DNA from: Treponemataceae bacterium
GTDB lineage: Bacteria > Spirochaetota > Spirochaetia > Treponematales > Rectinemataceae
Assembly: GCA_963677895.2 (NCBI GenBank)
Contig: CAXXGJ010000038.1
Coordinates: 288,001 to 352,000 of the forward strand
DNA: 64,000 nt
Direction of reading: 5' to 3'
In this document: piece after piece, positions 9,385-19,872 of the stretch
How positions within the stretch are numbered: position 1 is the stretch's first letter
How the letters are laid out: each line of letters starts with the position of its first letter
Notes under the pieces: generated by a model
Seen by the model: the letters and a program-made list of their open reading frames with translations, nothing else
The model's database searches: none
Told to the model about the DNA's origin: nothing
Translations under genes and position numbers: made by a program

Positions 9385-10779
9385 TCAAAGACCATAGCGC
9401 TTTATCTTGTATTGAATGTTCCGTCTGCTTATGCCAAGCGCCTCGGCGGCTTTGCTGCGATTGCCTCCGCAGTTTTTAAGCGCCTGCGAGATGGCGTCCT
9501 TTTCGATTTCGTCCATCGATTCAGAGGCTGCTTCTTTTCCGGTGGATTCATTTCGGCCGTACGGAATCCCCGCGGTTTCGGGCTTTCCCGACAGGGAGCG
9601 CGCCAACGCGGGACGATCCTGATTCGGAAGGGCGAAGTCGAGGTCGGCCACCTCTATGAGGCTGTTCTCGCAATAGATCATAGCCCTTTCGAGGACGTTT
9701 TCCAATTCCCGGATGTTCCCGGGGAACTCGTAGGCGGAAAGCCGCTCCATCGCGTCGGCGCTGAGCGTTTTCGGGGCCTTCCCCATGCGGTCGCAGAGCT
9801 TCTGGAGGACGTGGCGCGCGATAAGGGGGATGTCTTCCTTCCTCTCCCTCAAGGGAGGAATCCGGATTCTCACCACGTTCAGGCGGTAATACAAATCTTC
9901 GCGGAATCGGCCTTCGGCGACGAGATCGTCGATATTCTTGTTGGTGGCGGAGAGTATCCTGGCGGCCACGGGGAGGTCCCGCGTCCCGCCCAGTCTCCTG
10001 ATCCTGCGTTCCTGAAGCACCCGCAGCAACTTTACCTGAAGCGGGAGGGGCATGTCGCCTATTTCGTCGAGGAAAATCGTGCCGGCTCCGGCCAGCTCGA
10101 AAAGTCCCGGTTTCCTGGCGTCGGCGCCCGTGAAAGCCCCCTTTTCGTGGCCGAAAAGCTCACTCTCCACGAGTTCGGCGTGCATGCCGCCGATGTTTAC
10201 CGCCACGAAAGGTTCCCCCGCCCCCTTCGAGGCGCCGTGGATCTCCCTGGCGACGACTTCCTTGCCCGTCCCGCTCTCTCCGGTTATGAGGACGGTGCTG
10301 TCCGTCGCCGCCACCCTCTCGATGACGGACCTGAGCGAACGTATCGAAGGGGACTCGCCTACGAGCCTCGAAGGGGCTCCCGCCGTCCTCGTGTGGGCTT
10401 CCAGCGCGTCGTCGCGCTTCCTGTTGAGCGCAGCGCTCCTCACTTTGCGTATGAGTTCTTCCGGATCGAAGGGTTTCAGGAGATAATCTTCCGCGCCCGA
10501 CTTAAGAGCCCTCACGGCGTCGGATATCTCGCCCAGGGCCGAAATCATGATGACCGGCGAACGAATCCCTTCGGACACGATCCACTCGAGGAGGGCCTGC
10601 CCGCCCATTCTCGGCATGCGCAGGTCCAGGATAATGGCGTCGAAGTTCTGGCCTGTGAGAGTCTCCTTGCCTTCTATGCCGTCCGAGGCTGTCGTGACGC
10701 TGATGCCTTCCAGGCCAAAAAGCTTCTGGATCGAATCGCGTATGTTTTTTTCGTCGTCGACGACCAGCACTTTCATCAT
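9385..10779 (-). CDS. Sigma54-dependent response regulator (NtrC/AtoC/ZraR family)
   Basis: Receiver (VVDDE, DLRMP), GESGTGKE, GAFTGA, FLDEIG, Fis HTH. Confidence 0.93.
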   Translation of the reverse strand: MMKVLVVDDEKNIRDSIQKLFGLEGISVTTASDGIEGKETLTGQNFDAIILDLRMPRMGGQALLEWIVSEGIRSPVIMISALGEISDAVRALKSGAEDYLLKPFDPEELIRKVRSAALNRKRDDALEAHTRTAGAPSRLVGESPSIRSLRSVIERVAATDSTVLITGESGTGKEVVAREIHGASKGAGEPFVAVNIGGMHAELVESELFGHEKGAFTGADARKPGLFELAGAGTIFLDEIGDMPLPLQVKLLRVLQERRIRRLGGTRDLPVAARILSATNKNIDDLVAEGRFREDLYYRLNVVRIRIPPLRERKEDIPLIARHVLQKLCDRMGKAPKTLSADAMERLSAYEFPGNIRELENVLERAMIYCENSLIEVADLDFALPNQDRPALARSLSGKPETAGIPYGRNESTGKEAASESMDEIEKDAISQALKNCGGNRSKAAEALGISRRNIQYKIKRYGL

Positions 10780-12134
10780 GAGACCGCCTCCGGCAAGGCG
10801 AGCCTGGCGCGGGTTCCGCCGCCTTCGCGCCGTTCAAGGCTGATCGTGCCGCCCACTTCTTTCGCGAACCGCACGCAGATGGCCAACCCGATGCCGGTTC
10901 CCTGACTTTTCGTGGTGAAGAAGGGGTCGAAAACGCGGGCCTTATCCGCCGGGGCTATCCCCTTCCCCCTGTCCAGGACATCGATGTTCACTTTTCCGTT
11001 CCTGGCTTCCATGGCTATACTGATTTCTTCCGGATTACCGCCGCTTTCTATGGCGTTGCGCAGAAGGTTTTCGAGGATCGAACGGTAACGCTCCGGATCC
11101 ATCAGGATTCTCAAACCAGAGGTTCCGGCCTCGACGAGGGATCGCCCGCAGAGCCGCAAGCCGGCTTCCGAGGCAATTTCGGCCGGGTCGAGGATAGTTG
11201 GAAAGCCCTTGGGGTCGCGCAGATAGTCGTTTACCCTCGTGGTGAGCCTGGAGAGCCTCTCCACTTCGGTATTGATGATGCCCACCTCCATTTTGGATTC
11301 CTCCGGAAGCGTCTTTTCCAGGATGCTGGTCTGGAGCCTTATGGCGAGCAGAGGATTCTTGATTTCGTGGGCCAATGTGCTCGCGGCCGTCCCGAGCACG
11401 ACGAGGTTTTTCTGCTTCTCCAGCCTGTCGAGGAACTCGCGGTTTCGAACCACGAGAAGCCGGATGAAAAAGACGAGACCGGCAAGGATGATTTCGACGA
11501 TGGGGAAAAGTATTCTCATGAGATAGGTTTTTCGCCACAGTTCGGGCTGGCGCAGCTCCAGGAAGACGACGTCGCTGTCGCGAAGCAGTTCCAGCATGAA
11601 AGAGCGCGGCTTGGGGAAGTTATTGTCCGCTTCATAAGCGGCGGCGGCCGCCGCCGCGATCGCCATCTTTTCGGCGGCTGTCGTTTCGGCCGCCGCCGCG
11701 CCGGTGTATGCGGGGAACCCCTCGCGGGGATGAGGCGGAGGGATCATCCGCGTCGGCCGTAGGATGAGCACGAGGGAATGGTTTTTTTCGTTCTCGCTGT
11801 AGAGGCGCACCTGGTTGCCTTCGTCCAGGGCGGGCAGTCCGGCCGCGCTGTACGTCGCCGGTACTTCGCCCCAGGAATAGAGCCCCTTGCCCTGGACGTC
11901 GTAGAGCCCAAGGCCGAGGACGCGATCCTTCAGCGTCGCGTTCTGTTCTATGGCCGACCCGAAATCGTCGTACACCTTCTGGCTCGTGAAAAGGGCGTTC
12001 ATGGTCTGTTCGGCTTCGTTCCGGCTCTCGAGACGATAGAGGAGACTCTGGCCCCTGAATATCATCCCGTTCGCGAGGGAGAGAAGGATAAATACCAGAA
12101 CGGCGATCGCGGCCGATGCCTTATGCCCTTTCAC
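10776..12134 (-). CDS. Membrane sensor histidine kinase
   Basis: Two TMs, LAHEIKNPL H-box, NLLRNA, DRGKG, FFTTK..GTGIGL; 4-nt overlap with the regulator. Confidence 0.92.
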   Translation of the reverse strand: MKGHKASAAIAVLVFILLSLANGMIFRGQSLLYRLESRNEAEQTMNALFTSQKVYDDFGSAIEQNATLKDRVLGLGLYDVQGKGLYSWGEVPATYSAAGLPALDEGNQVRLYSENEKNHSLVLILRPTRMIPPPHPREGFPAYTGAAAAETTAAEKMAIAAAAAAAYEADNNFPKPRSFMLELLRDSDVVFLELRQPELWRKTYLMRILFPIVEIILAGLVFFIRLLVVRNREFLDRLEKQKNLVVLGTAASTLAHEIKNPLLAIRLQTSILEKTLPEESKMEVGIINTEVERLSRLTTRVNDYLRDPKGFPTILDPAEIASEAGLRLCGRSLVEAGTSGLRILMDPERYRSILENLLRNAIESGGNPEEISIAMEARNGKVNIDVLDRGKGIAPADKARVFDPFFTTKSQGTGIGLAICVRFAKEVGGTISLERREGGGTRARLALPEAVS

Positions 12135-12171
12135 GAAAACCTCCAGGCTTTCCGCCCTATGGCTCAGAATA

Positions 12172-13506
12172 TCATTGCAGCAGCGATAGAAGAAGTGCTT
12201 CGTCGTCCAGGCCGGCCAGATTCCTGAGGGCGGACAGGCCGTTGAGGAAGGTATAGCGCGCCGAGATGAGCGACGAGCGATTGCTGCTCACGAGCAGCTC
12301 GGCGTCCGATAGATCGGAGGAAGAAGCCTTGGACAGCCTGAAAAGTTCCAGCTCGACCTCGTAGTTGCTCTCCGCGTATTCGAGCGCTTTCCCTGAAGAG
12401 GAGACCGAACGCGCCGCCGAGATGAGGTCGTAGGCGGCGCTCTGGATGCCGAGGCTCAAGTCCTCGATGTCGGATTCCATGCTGAGCGCGGTTTTCTTGG
12501 CCTCTAGCGTCTTGGTCTGGACCGTATTCTTCGTGACGTAGCCATCGAGGGGGATCGAGACGGACAGGCTGAGGCTTCCCTTGGAGGCCATATCCAGTCC
12601 GGCGGCGTCATATGAGGCGGCATGGGTCCATCCCGCGGTAACGGAGGGCAGATACCCTGTCTTGGCGGCCTCTATTTCCTTCTCCGCCTGGCTCAAGGCC
12701 AGTGAAGATACCGCCAGAGTCGGATTGTTCGCTAGGGCGGAAGCCTGCAGTTTCGCGATGAAAACATCGGTCGACAAGTCGTCGAAGGACATGAGAGTCG
12801 CCATCAGCGTATCGTATCGGGAAAAAGCGATGGCTTCCGGCGTCAGCGCGGAACCGGTGACCGACTTCATTTTCGCCTTGGCCACGGCCAAGGTCCTTCG
12901 CGCCTGGCTCAGCGCCGTTTCCTTCGATGCCGTCTCCGCCTGCGCTTCCATCACCAGGGCCTTTATGACGATACCAGAGTCGAATTTGGCCTGCGCTATG
13001 GCCTGGTGCGCCTTGGATGCCGAGAGGTCGCTCTCGGCCGCCTCGACGACCGCCTGAGCCTCCAGCACCGCGTAGTATGCCGAATCGGTGGACTCGAGCA
13101 CATCGAGATAAGCGGCTCGGGCTTCTTTCCTCGCGCTCTCGGTGGCGAGCTTATCGATCGCCAGAAGAATGGCGTTCTTGCCCCCGTCGTAGACGGTCTG
13201 CGACAGGGAGACAGATGCCGTTACCGTCGCCGAATCGGCGATGGTCGATGCGCTGCCGGCAGGATAGCTGATTCCGCCGCTCAAGTCCAAGGAAGCTTGC
13301 GGATACAGTTCGTAACGCTGGGCCTTTTCGGCCAGAAGGCTGGAATCCACGCTGAGCAGGGTTTGCTGTAAAGTGTTGGATTTCGCGAGGGCGAGCTCCC
13401 TCGCCTTTTCAAGGCTCAAGCCTTGGCTCGCGGCATCTCCCGCCCAGAGGTTCATTCCCCCGAGCACGAAAAAAGCCAGAAAGACTATCGCACATTTGGA
13501 TTTCAT
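12172..13506 (-). CDS. tolC: TolC-family outer membrane efflux protein
   Basis: Signal peptide, LSLEKARELAL, two YP/YLP repeats, helical OEP pattern; operon context. Confidence 0.85.
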   Translation of the reverse strand: MKSKCAIVFLAFFVLGGMNLWAGDAASQGLSLEKARELALAKSNTLQQTLLSVDSSLLAEKAQRYELYPQASLDLSGGISYPAGSASTIADSATVTASVSLSQTVYDGGKNAILLAIDKLATESARKEARAAYLDVLESTDSAYYAVLEAQAVVEAAESDLSASKAHQAIAQAKFDSGIVIKALVMEAQAETASKETALSQARRTLAVAKAKMKSVTGSALTPEAIAFSRYDTLMATLMSFDDLSTDVFIAKLQASALANNPTLAVSSLALSQAEKEIEAAKTGYLPSVTAGWTHAASYDAAGLDMASKGSLSLSVSIPLDGYVTKNTVQTKTLEAKKTALSMESDIEDLSLGIQSAAYDLISAARSVSSSGKALEYAESNYEVELELFRLSKASSSDLSDAELLVSSNRSSLISARYTFLNGLSALRNLAGLDDEALLLSLLQ

Positions 13507-13519
13507 GATTTTCTCCTTG

Positions 13520-14716
13520 TCATTCGTAGCGAAGCGCTTCGATGGGATAGAGCCGCGACGCTTTCTTCGCCGGATAATAGCCGAAGAACACCCCCACGAC
13601 GGCGGCGAAGCCCGCCGAAACGGCCACGACGAGCGGGTTGATGATGGCCGGAATCTGGGCGAAACTCCCGAGCAGCTTCACGATGACGAAGGCGAGCGCG
13701 ATGCCTATGATGCCGCCGCAGAGGCTCAGCAGTATCGACTCGGACAGAAACTGCAAGAGAATGTCCTTGCTTCGCGCGCCGACCGCCATGCGTATGCCGA
13801 TTTCCCTCGTCCGCTCGGTCACCGAGACGAGCATGATATTCATGATGCCGATGCCGCCGACGATCAGCGATACTCCGGCGATGGCGGCGAGCAGGGTCGT
13901 GAGCGTCGCGGCGCTCGCCGAGGCCGTGGCGATGATCTCGGCCTGGTTCATCACGTCGAAATCGGCCTCGTCGTTCTGCCCCAGCCTATGGGCTTCGCGC
14001 AGTATCGTCGTGACCTCGGCCTGCGCGGCATCCATGAGATCCTCGCGGGTCACGCTCATCTCGATGGAATTCAGGTACTTGCTCTTCTGGAGCCGCGCCA
14101 GCGCCGTGGAGAGCGGCACCATCACGACATCGTCCTGGTCCTCGCCCATGCCGCTGCTCCCTTTGGATTCGAGGACGCCTATCACCGTGAAGATCGTGGA
14201 TCCGATCCTCAGCCTTTGTCCCACCGGGTCCGTATCGGCGAAAAGCTCTTTGGCCACCGTGCTGCCGATGACAGCCACCTTATTCCTGGATGTTTCGTCG
14301 CTTTCGGTGAAGAACTCTCCTTGCGCCATGGTCCACTGTTTTATGATTGTATACCCGGTCTGCACGCCCCTGACGGTGGTGGGCCAGTTGCCGGAGCCTC
14401 CCACCACTTCGGTGTCGTTGCTCTGCACCGAACCGGAGATCGCGGAGATATAGCTCGATTCGGCCATTATTTTCTCGATATCGCTCTCGGTGATCCTGTT
14501 GGCCTCGCGGGGACCGCGGGGCGGCATCACCATGAGGAGGTTGGTGCCCATCGACGCTATGTTCTTCGCTATCTGAGCCTGGGATCCCTGGCCTACCGCG
14601 ACCATCACGATCACCGAGCAGACGCCGATTATGATTCCCAGCGAGGTGAGCAGGCTCCGCATCCTATTCCTGAGGATGCTCCTCGTCGAAAGAGAAAGTA
14701 GTTTACCGATGCTCAT
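13520..14716 (-). CDS. macB: MacB-family ABC transporter permease
   Basis: RSLLTSLGIIIGV, GGIGIMNIMLVSVTERTREIGIRMAVGA, PIEALRYE. Confidence 0.92.
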   Translation of the reverse strand: MSIGKLLSLSTRSILRNRMRSLLTSLGIIIGVCSVIVMVAVGQGSQAQIAKNIASMGTNLLMVMPPRGPREANRITESDIEKIMAESSYISAISGSVQSNDTEVVGGSGNWPTTVRGVQTGYTIIKQWTMAQGEFFTESDETSRNKVAVIGSTVAKELFADTDPVGQRLRIGSTIFTVIGVLESKGSSGMGEDQDDVVMVPLSTALARLQKSKYLNSIEMSVTREDLMDAAQAEVTTILREAHRLGQNDEADFDVMNQAEIIATASASAATLTTLLAAIAGVSLIVGGIGIMNIMLVSVTERTREIGIRMAVGARSKDILLQFLSESILLSLCGGIIGIALAFVIVKLLGSFAQIPAIINPLVVAVSAGFAAVVGVFFGYYPAKKASRLYPIEALRYE

Positions 14717-15453
14717 GCCGCCCCCCTTATCTTCTTAGCCGCCAGGTCGGCCGCCGCGTTCCCCGGCTTTTCCACGGCGGTGTCGGAGATGATGGCGCCG
14801 TCCCTCATCGTGATGATCCTGTTCGTGTAAGCCGCCACTTCGGGTTCATGCGTCACCATCACGATCGTTATTCCCTTGGCGTTCAGCTCCTGGAACAACG
14901 ACATGACTTCGAGCGTCATTTCCGAATCCAGGTTGCCGGTGGGTTCGTCGGCCAGCACGAAGGCCGGGTTGTTGATCATCGCCCGCGCTATGGCCACCCG
15001 CTGCTGCTGTCCGCCCGAAAGCTGGGAAGGCAGGTGATAAAGCCTTGAGCCAAGCCCTACGGCTTCGAGCACTTCCACTCCTCTCTTGGCGGGATCGCCG
15101 TCGAGACCGCCTCGCCGGTAAAGGAGCGGCAGCTGGACATTCTCCAGCGCCGTCGTCCTGGCGAGAAGATTGAAGCCCTGGAACACGAAACCGATCTTTC
15201 TGTTGCGGATGTCCGCGAAGGTATTGTCGTCGGCCGCGGCGATATCCTCGCCGTCGAGGAAGTAGCTTCCCGCCGTGGGCTTGTCCAGGCAGCCGAGTAT
15301 GTTCATGAGGGTCGATTTTCCCGATCCTGAAGGCCCCATGATGGAGACGAACTCGCCCGAATCGACGTCCAGATCCAGGCCTCTTATCGCTTTTACGGTT
15401 ATGTCGCCCAACTCGTAGTGGCGCTTTATGCCGCGCAGCTCGATGATTGCCAT
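14713..15453 (-). CDS. ABC transporter ATP-binding protein (MacB/LolD type)
   Basis: [31 protein letters not shown]. Confidence 0.94.
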   Translation of the reverse strand: MAIIELRGIKRHYELGDITVKAIRGLDLDVDSGEFVSIMGPSGSGKSTLMNILGCLDKPTAGSYFLDGEDIAAADDNTFADIRNRKIGFVFQGFNLLARTTALENVQLPLLYRRGGLDGDPAKRGVEVLEAVGLGSRLYHLPSQLSGGQQQRVAIARAMINNPAFVLADEPTGNLDSEMTLEVMSLFQELNAKGITIVMVTHEPEVAAYTNRIITMRDGAIISDTAVEKPGNAAADLAAKKIRGAA

Positions 15454-15457
15454 ATGC

Positions 15458-16834
15458 CTACTCCGCCTTTTCGCGAAGGATGATGTTCATCCCTTCCAGA
15501 TCGTCGGCGCCGATTATTTCAGTGCGCGCGCCATCGGTCGATCCTACGCCAACCATTCTCACGGCGAGTTTCCCCTGGCTGTCCAAATACCAGAGCGCCT
15601 TCTTCGCCACGGTTGAATCCGCCGCCGCCGAGACGGACGCGTCCGATGCGGTCCCTGTCTCCGTCCCCGTAGATGCCGTTTTCTTGTTTCCGAATCCGCC
15701 GGGACCGCCGGGGCCACCCTGACCGCCGCCGGTCAGTATGCCGGAAAGACCGCTCGTCTTCGTCGAGCCCGCGCTCTTGGCGAGATCGGTAGCCTTCAGC
15801 GCTGCGTCGTATTCGGCGAGCGCGGCTTTTTTCGCGTCTTCGGAGAGATCCGCAAGGCCGGCAGCGTAGACCATGCGCTGGATTTCCTGGGCGCCGAGGC
15901 TGGACGGCTGGTATCGCAACGCCGAATTCTGGACGAGGAGAGCGTTCTCCCTGGTTTCCTTGATGAACTCCACGTTGGCCGTCATGCCGGGCAGAAGCGT
16001 GCCGTCCTCGTTCTCGGCTTTTATGATCACGTAATAGTTGACGACGTTGTCCGTCGTTTCCGGCACGAGCCTGATGGTCCCCACCGATCCCGAGTATGTC
16101 TTTCCGGAATTGGCCTCCACGGTGAAGCGCACCGCTTGCCCCACTTTTATGGAGCCGATGTCGAGCTCATCCACTTCGGCCTTTATCTCCATCTTGGAGA
16201 GATCTTCGGCCAGGGTGAAAAGCGCGGTCGCGTTCGAGCTCGACCCTTCCACGACGCTCTGCCCGACATCGACGTCCTTCTCGAGGACGATGCCGTCTAT
16301 GGGGGACTTTATCTGCGCGTACTGGGTGAGCTGGGTTTCGATGACCTTCAGCGCGGACTGGGCGGAACTGAGCGTCGCCTTCTTCACGTCGAGCGTGGTT
16401 TTGCTCGATTTCAGGTCGTATTCGGATACGAGGCCTTTGGCGGCCAGCGTGGAATTGTTCTGATAATCGAGGGCCGCGAGATTGTAGTTGGCTTGGGCTA
16501 TGTTGAGGTCGGCCTGCGCTTCCTTCTGTTCGAGCTCGAGCATGTCGGTGTTGAGGGTGACGAGAACCTGTCCTTTCTTGACGGTATCATTGTAGTCCGC
16601 GAAAACTTTCTCGACTCTGCCGCTCATCTGCGAGAGGACGCTGACGCTTGAGACAGGCGCCAGGGTGCCGGAGCTTGTCACCACGGTTTCGAGGGTGCCC
16701 CTCGATGCCGCGGTAAATTCATAATTGCTTTTTGATACGTTTGCCTTTTCGCCGGTTCGGATGCTCAAAAGCAGCATCGCAGCGCTCGCTACTAAAACCG
16801 CGGCCATAATTCCTGCTATCCATTTCTTTTTCAT
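15458..16834 (-). CDS. macA: MacA-like periplasmic adaptor subunit
   Basis: N-terminal TM, SQMSGRV..V.ADYND.VKKGQ, IKSPIDG, LLPGMTANV. Confidence 0.9.
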   Translation of the reverse strand: MKKKWIAGIMAAVLVASAAMLLLSIRTGEKANVSKSNYEFTAASRGTLETVVTSSGTLAPVSSVSVLSQMSGRVEKVFADYNDTVKKGQVLVTLNTDMLELEQKEAQADLNIAQANYNLAALDYQNNSTLAAKGLVSEYDLKSSKTTLDVKKATLSSAQSALKVIETQLTQYAQIKSPIDGIVLEKDVDVGQSVVEGSSSNATALFTLAEDLSKMEIKAEVDELDIGSIKVGQAVRFTVEANSGKTYSGSVGTIRLVPETTDNVVNYYVIIKAENEDGTLLPGMTANVEFIKETRENALLVQNSALRYQPSSLGAQEIQRMVYAAGLADLSEDAKKAALAEYDAALKATDLAKSAGSTKTSGLSGILTGGGQGGPGGPGGFGNKKTASTGTETGTASDASVSAAADSTVAKKALWYLDSQGKLAVRMVGVGSTDGARTEIIGADDLEGMNIILREKAE

Positions 16835-16863
16835 TGCGGGTTCTCCTTCCTCGCAATATATAA

Positions 16864-16880
16864 AGCAGGAATCGTGCCAA
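16864..16880 (-). promoter_or_regulatory. Sigma54 (-24/-12) promoter of the macAB-tolC-TCS operon
   Basis: Minus strand TTGGCACGATTCCTGCT: GG-N10-GC with canonical TGGCACG, 30 nt upstream of the macA ATG. Confidence 0.8.
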
Positions 16881-16971
16881 TTAATAATTGTATTTTTATT
16901 TTATTTATATATATAGAATTAATTAAATTAATAGACTATTTACAGATGATGATCGGCTTTTTTTATCCAAA

Positions 16972-17025
16972 AGCGCAATATTTGCGCATCTATACTTTTC
17001 CTCAGGTGCGCATTTCGTGCGCACC
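16972..17025. promoter_or_regulatory. Tandem enhancer (UAS) palindromes GCGCA-N5-TGCGC
   Basis: AGCGCAatattTGCGCA (16972-16988) and GGTGCGCAtttcgTGCGCACC (17005-17025), separated from the sigma54 site by a very AT-rich tract (16881-16945). Confidence 0.65.
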
Positions 17026-17042
17026 CGAGATATCTTGATTGA

Positions 17043-18431
17043 CTACTCCGGCGCGACTGTCTTTTCAACCGCGAGGTTTTTCACCCAATGCTCTTTTTTC
17101 AGCCACCACATCGCCAGGAAGGTTTTCGGGAAGTCCGACAGTTTCGCCACGCCATAGAGAAGGACAGGCCCCCAGGAACTGATCCGCGAGATTATGATGG
17201 CCGCGGGAATGAAAATCGCGTAGCTGATCCCCACGTCGACCCACACGCCCATGAGGGTATCGCCGCCGGCCCGAGACACGGCGAACTGGGCGTTGAGGAG
17301 GCACCAGAGCGGAAGGTAAGCGGCTATGACGAAGACAAGCCCTATAGTCACTTTTTTGGCTTCCCCGGAAAGATTGCCGAAGACCAGGGGAATGCCGAGG
17401 GTCGAAGCGCTTGCCACGAGACAGGCCGCCAAGCCGAGGATGACCGACCCCGATTGTATCCAGCGGGCTTTCTCCCTGGCTTCGTCCAGTTTTCCCGACC
17501 CAAGGGTGGATCCGACGATGATGCCCGTCGCGGCATGGATAGCCGGGAACACGAGAAACATGATGTTCGCTATGGTCCAGCCCGCGGCCATGCCCGCCAC
17601 TGTCTCGGCCCCGCCCCTCCCGTTGTAGAGAGCGGTGATGATTGTCTCCGATACGACCCAGGCGGTTTCCGAGAAAAGCATCATGCCCGATTTCGAAAGC
17701 ACTTCTCCGAAGAGCCTTCGGTCTATGCGGAACAGCGCCGAAAGCTTGAATCCGAATCCCGGCTTCTTGCGCCAGAGCATGGCGGCGAAAGCGAGAGCTT
17801 CCACGACACGCGCGATAACCGTTGCGATGGCCGCCCCGGTGACTTCCAGCCTCGCCGCGCCGAGATTGCCGTATATGAGCATCCAGTTGAAGAAGGTATT
17901 GACGAGGGCCGCGCAGACCGACACGAGGAGCGGCACCTTGGTGACGCCGGTATCGCGGAAGGAAGTGCTCATCGCCGAAGAAAGGCCGATCGGGATGAAG
18001 CTGGGGGCCACCGCCCGAAGGTACTTAGCGCCCTCCCTTACGATTTCCTCCCCCTCCGAATTGCCGCCCAGCATCATCCGTATCAGGGGTTCCGCGAACA
18101 ACAGGCAGATGAGGGTATACAGGGCGGAGATGCCCAATGCCAGGATAAGCTTGAACCTGAAGGCCTGGCGCATCCCTTCCTTGTGGCCGGCTCCCCTGTG
18201 CTGGGAAAGATAAATGCCTCCCGCGGCGCATATCGTATTGATGATGACGAGATAGATGAAGTTGATCTGGTTGGATACGTTCACTCCCGCCATCTTGGAG
18301 TCGCCAAGGGCGGCCACCATGAAATTGTCGATAAGGGAGACAAGTCCCGTCAGGAGGGTCTGGATCATTATGGGAATGACCACCACGAGCGCGCTGCGAT
18401 AGAATTTTGCGGGTCCGAATAGAGCTTTCAT
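17043..18431 (-). CDS. MATE-family efflux transporter
   Basis: IP...Q......SLIDNFMV..LG, GAAIATVIAR, RAGGD; about 12 TMs. Confidence 0.88.
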   Translation of the reverse strand: MKALFGPAKFYRSALVVVIPIMIQTLLTGLVSLIDNFMVAALGDSKMAGVNVSNQINFIYLVIINTICAAGGIYLSQHRGAGHKEGMRQAFRFKLILALGISALYTLICLLFAEPLIRMMLGGNSEGEEIVREGAKYLRAVAPSFIPIGLSSAMSTSFRDTGVTKVPLLVSVCAALVNTFFNWMLIYGNLGAARLEVTGAAIATVIARVVEALAFAAMLWRKKPGFGFKLSALFRIDRRLFGEVLSKSGMMLFSETAWVVSETIITALYNGRGGAETVAGMAAGWTIANIMFLVFPAIHAATGIIVGSTLGSGKLDEAREKARWIQSGSVILGLAACLVASASTLGIPLVFGNLSGEAKKVTIGLVFVIAAYLPLWCLLNAQFAVSRAGGDTLMGVWVDVGISYAIFIPAAIIISRISSWGPVLLYGVAKLSDFPKTFLAMWWLKKEHWVKNLAVEKTVAPE

Positions 18432-19807
18432 CAGTTTCCTTTGTCCAGGTCGTATTCTTTTATCTTATTGAGTAAAGTACGCCTTGTTATCCCCAACTCC
18501 ACCGCCGTTTTCTCCCGGTGGTTCGCGTTGCGGCTCAATGCCTCGATGATGGCCTGTTTTTCCATCGTCTCGAGAGTCCTCGCCGCGCCAATTCCGCCTA
18601 TCGCTCCGGCAGCCTTTTCGACGCCTTCGCCCCGAAGACCGGGTCTCGTATCCCTAGGCGAAATGAACTCGAAATCGCGGGACTCAAGCACGTCGGCTTC
18701 GGTGAGGATGCACGCCCGCTCGATCGCGTTCTCCAGTTCGCGGATATTTCCGGGAAAATCGTAGCGCATGAGAAAATCCATAGCCTCGCTCCCGATGCCC
18801 TCCACCTTCCTTCCCATATCCGAAGAAAAGCGCGAAAGAAAGGCCCCGGCAAGCAGGGGAATATCATCCCGACGTTCCCGCAGCGGAGGCAGCCGCACCC
18901 TGATCACATTGATGCGATAATAGAGATCCTCCCTGAACCGACCTTCCTTGACTTCCTTTTCGAGATCGCGATTTGTGGCGGCCACGACCCGTACCTCGAT
19001 GGGCGTGCCTTTAAGCGAGCCCAATCGCTGTACCTTGCGTTCCTGCAGGACACGGAGCAGCTTTACCTGCAGGTGGAGGGGCAACTCAGCTATCTCGTCG
19101 AGAAAGAGCGTTCCGCCCTGGGCGCTTTCAAAGAGGCCTTGTTTCCGGGAATCCGCTCCGGTGAAGGCGCCTTTCTCATAGCCGAAAAGCTCGCTCTCCA
19201 GAAGGTGTTCGGGAAAAGCTCCCATATTGATGGGCACGAAAGGTCCCTCGCGTCTCGAAAGGTTGTGGACGAGACGGGCGGCCACTTCCTTGCCGGTTCC
19301 GCTCTCCCCCGTGAGGAGAATTGTAGCGCCCGAAGGAGCCGCCTTGCCGAGGATCCTCACGATTTCCTTCATTTTCTGGCTCTCGCCTATCATCTCTCCG
19401 GTGGCTTTTTTCCCGCTTTTTCCCGCCCTGAGCGACAGCGTGAGGCGATGATTCTCCACCGCTTTCTTTATGCGTATGAGTAGTTCGTCGGGGTCGAAAG
19501 GCTTGACGAGATAGTCATAAGCGCCGGTCTTCATCGCCTCGACGGCGTCGCGGATTTCACCATGCGCCGATATCATGATGACGGGAATGTTCGGCCCTTC
19601 TTCCTTCACCCAATGGAGCAGCTGCATGCCATCGAGTCCGGGCATCCTCAGATCGGAGACGAGAGCGTCATAAGCCTGTTCCTCGAGCTTCTGCCTCCCA
19701 GTCTTTCCGTCCAAAGCGATGTCGGCTTCGATCCCGTCCGGTCCGAAATAATCCTTGAGCGAAAGGGCAAGCTGTTTTTCATCGTCCACTATCAGAATTC
19801 GCATCAC
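18431..19807 (-). CDS. Second sigma54-dependent response regulator (no adjacent kinase)
   Basis: ILIVDDE, DLRMP, GESGTGKE, GAFTGA, Fis HTH. Confidence 0.92.
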   Translation of the reverse strand: MMRILIVDDEKQLALSLKDYFGPDGIEADIALDGKTGRQKLEEQAYDALVSDLRMPGLDGMQLLHWVKEEGPNIPVIMISAHGEIRDAVEAMKTGAYDYLVKPFDPDELLIRIKKAVENHRLTLSLRAGKSGKKATGEMIGESQKMKEIVRILGKAAPSGATILLTGESGTGKEVAARLVHNLSRREGPFVPINMGAFPEHLLESELFGYEKGAFTGADSRKQGLFESAQGGTLFLDEIAELPLHLQVKLLRVLQERKVQRLGSLKGTPIEVRVVAATNRDLEKEVKEGRFREDLYYRINVIRVRLPPLRERRDDIPLLAGAFLSRFSSDMGRKVEGIGSEAMDFLMRYDFPGNIRELENAIERACILTEADVLESRDFEFISPRDTRPGLRGEGVEKAAGAIGGIGAARTLETMEKQAIIEALSRNANHREKTAVELGITRRTLLNKIKEYDLDKGN

Positions 19808-19872
19808 CGCATCACTCCGTTTTTTCCCTTAATCGCATTGAATTTAATGAATCTGCGCTTATACTCAAAGAT

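Noticed and set aside
16881..16945. AT-rich tract as replication origin or foreign DNA
   Set aside because: No DnaA boxes or mobility genes; its position between UAS and sigma54 promoter fits a bending/IHF region.
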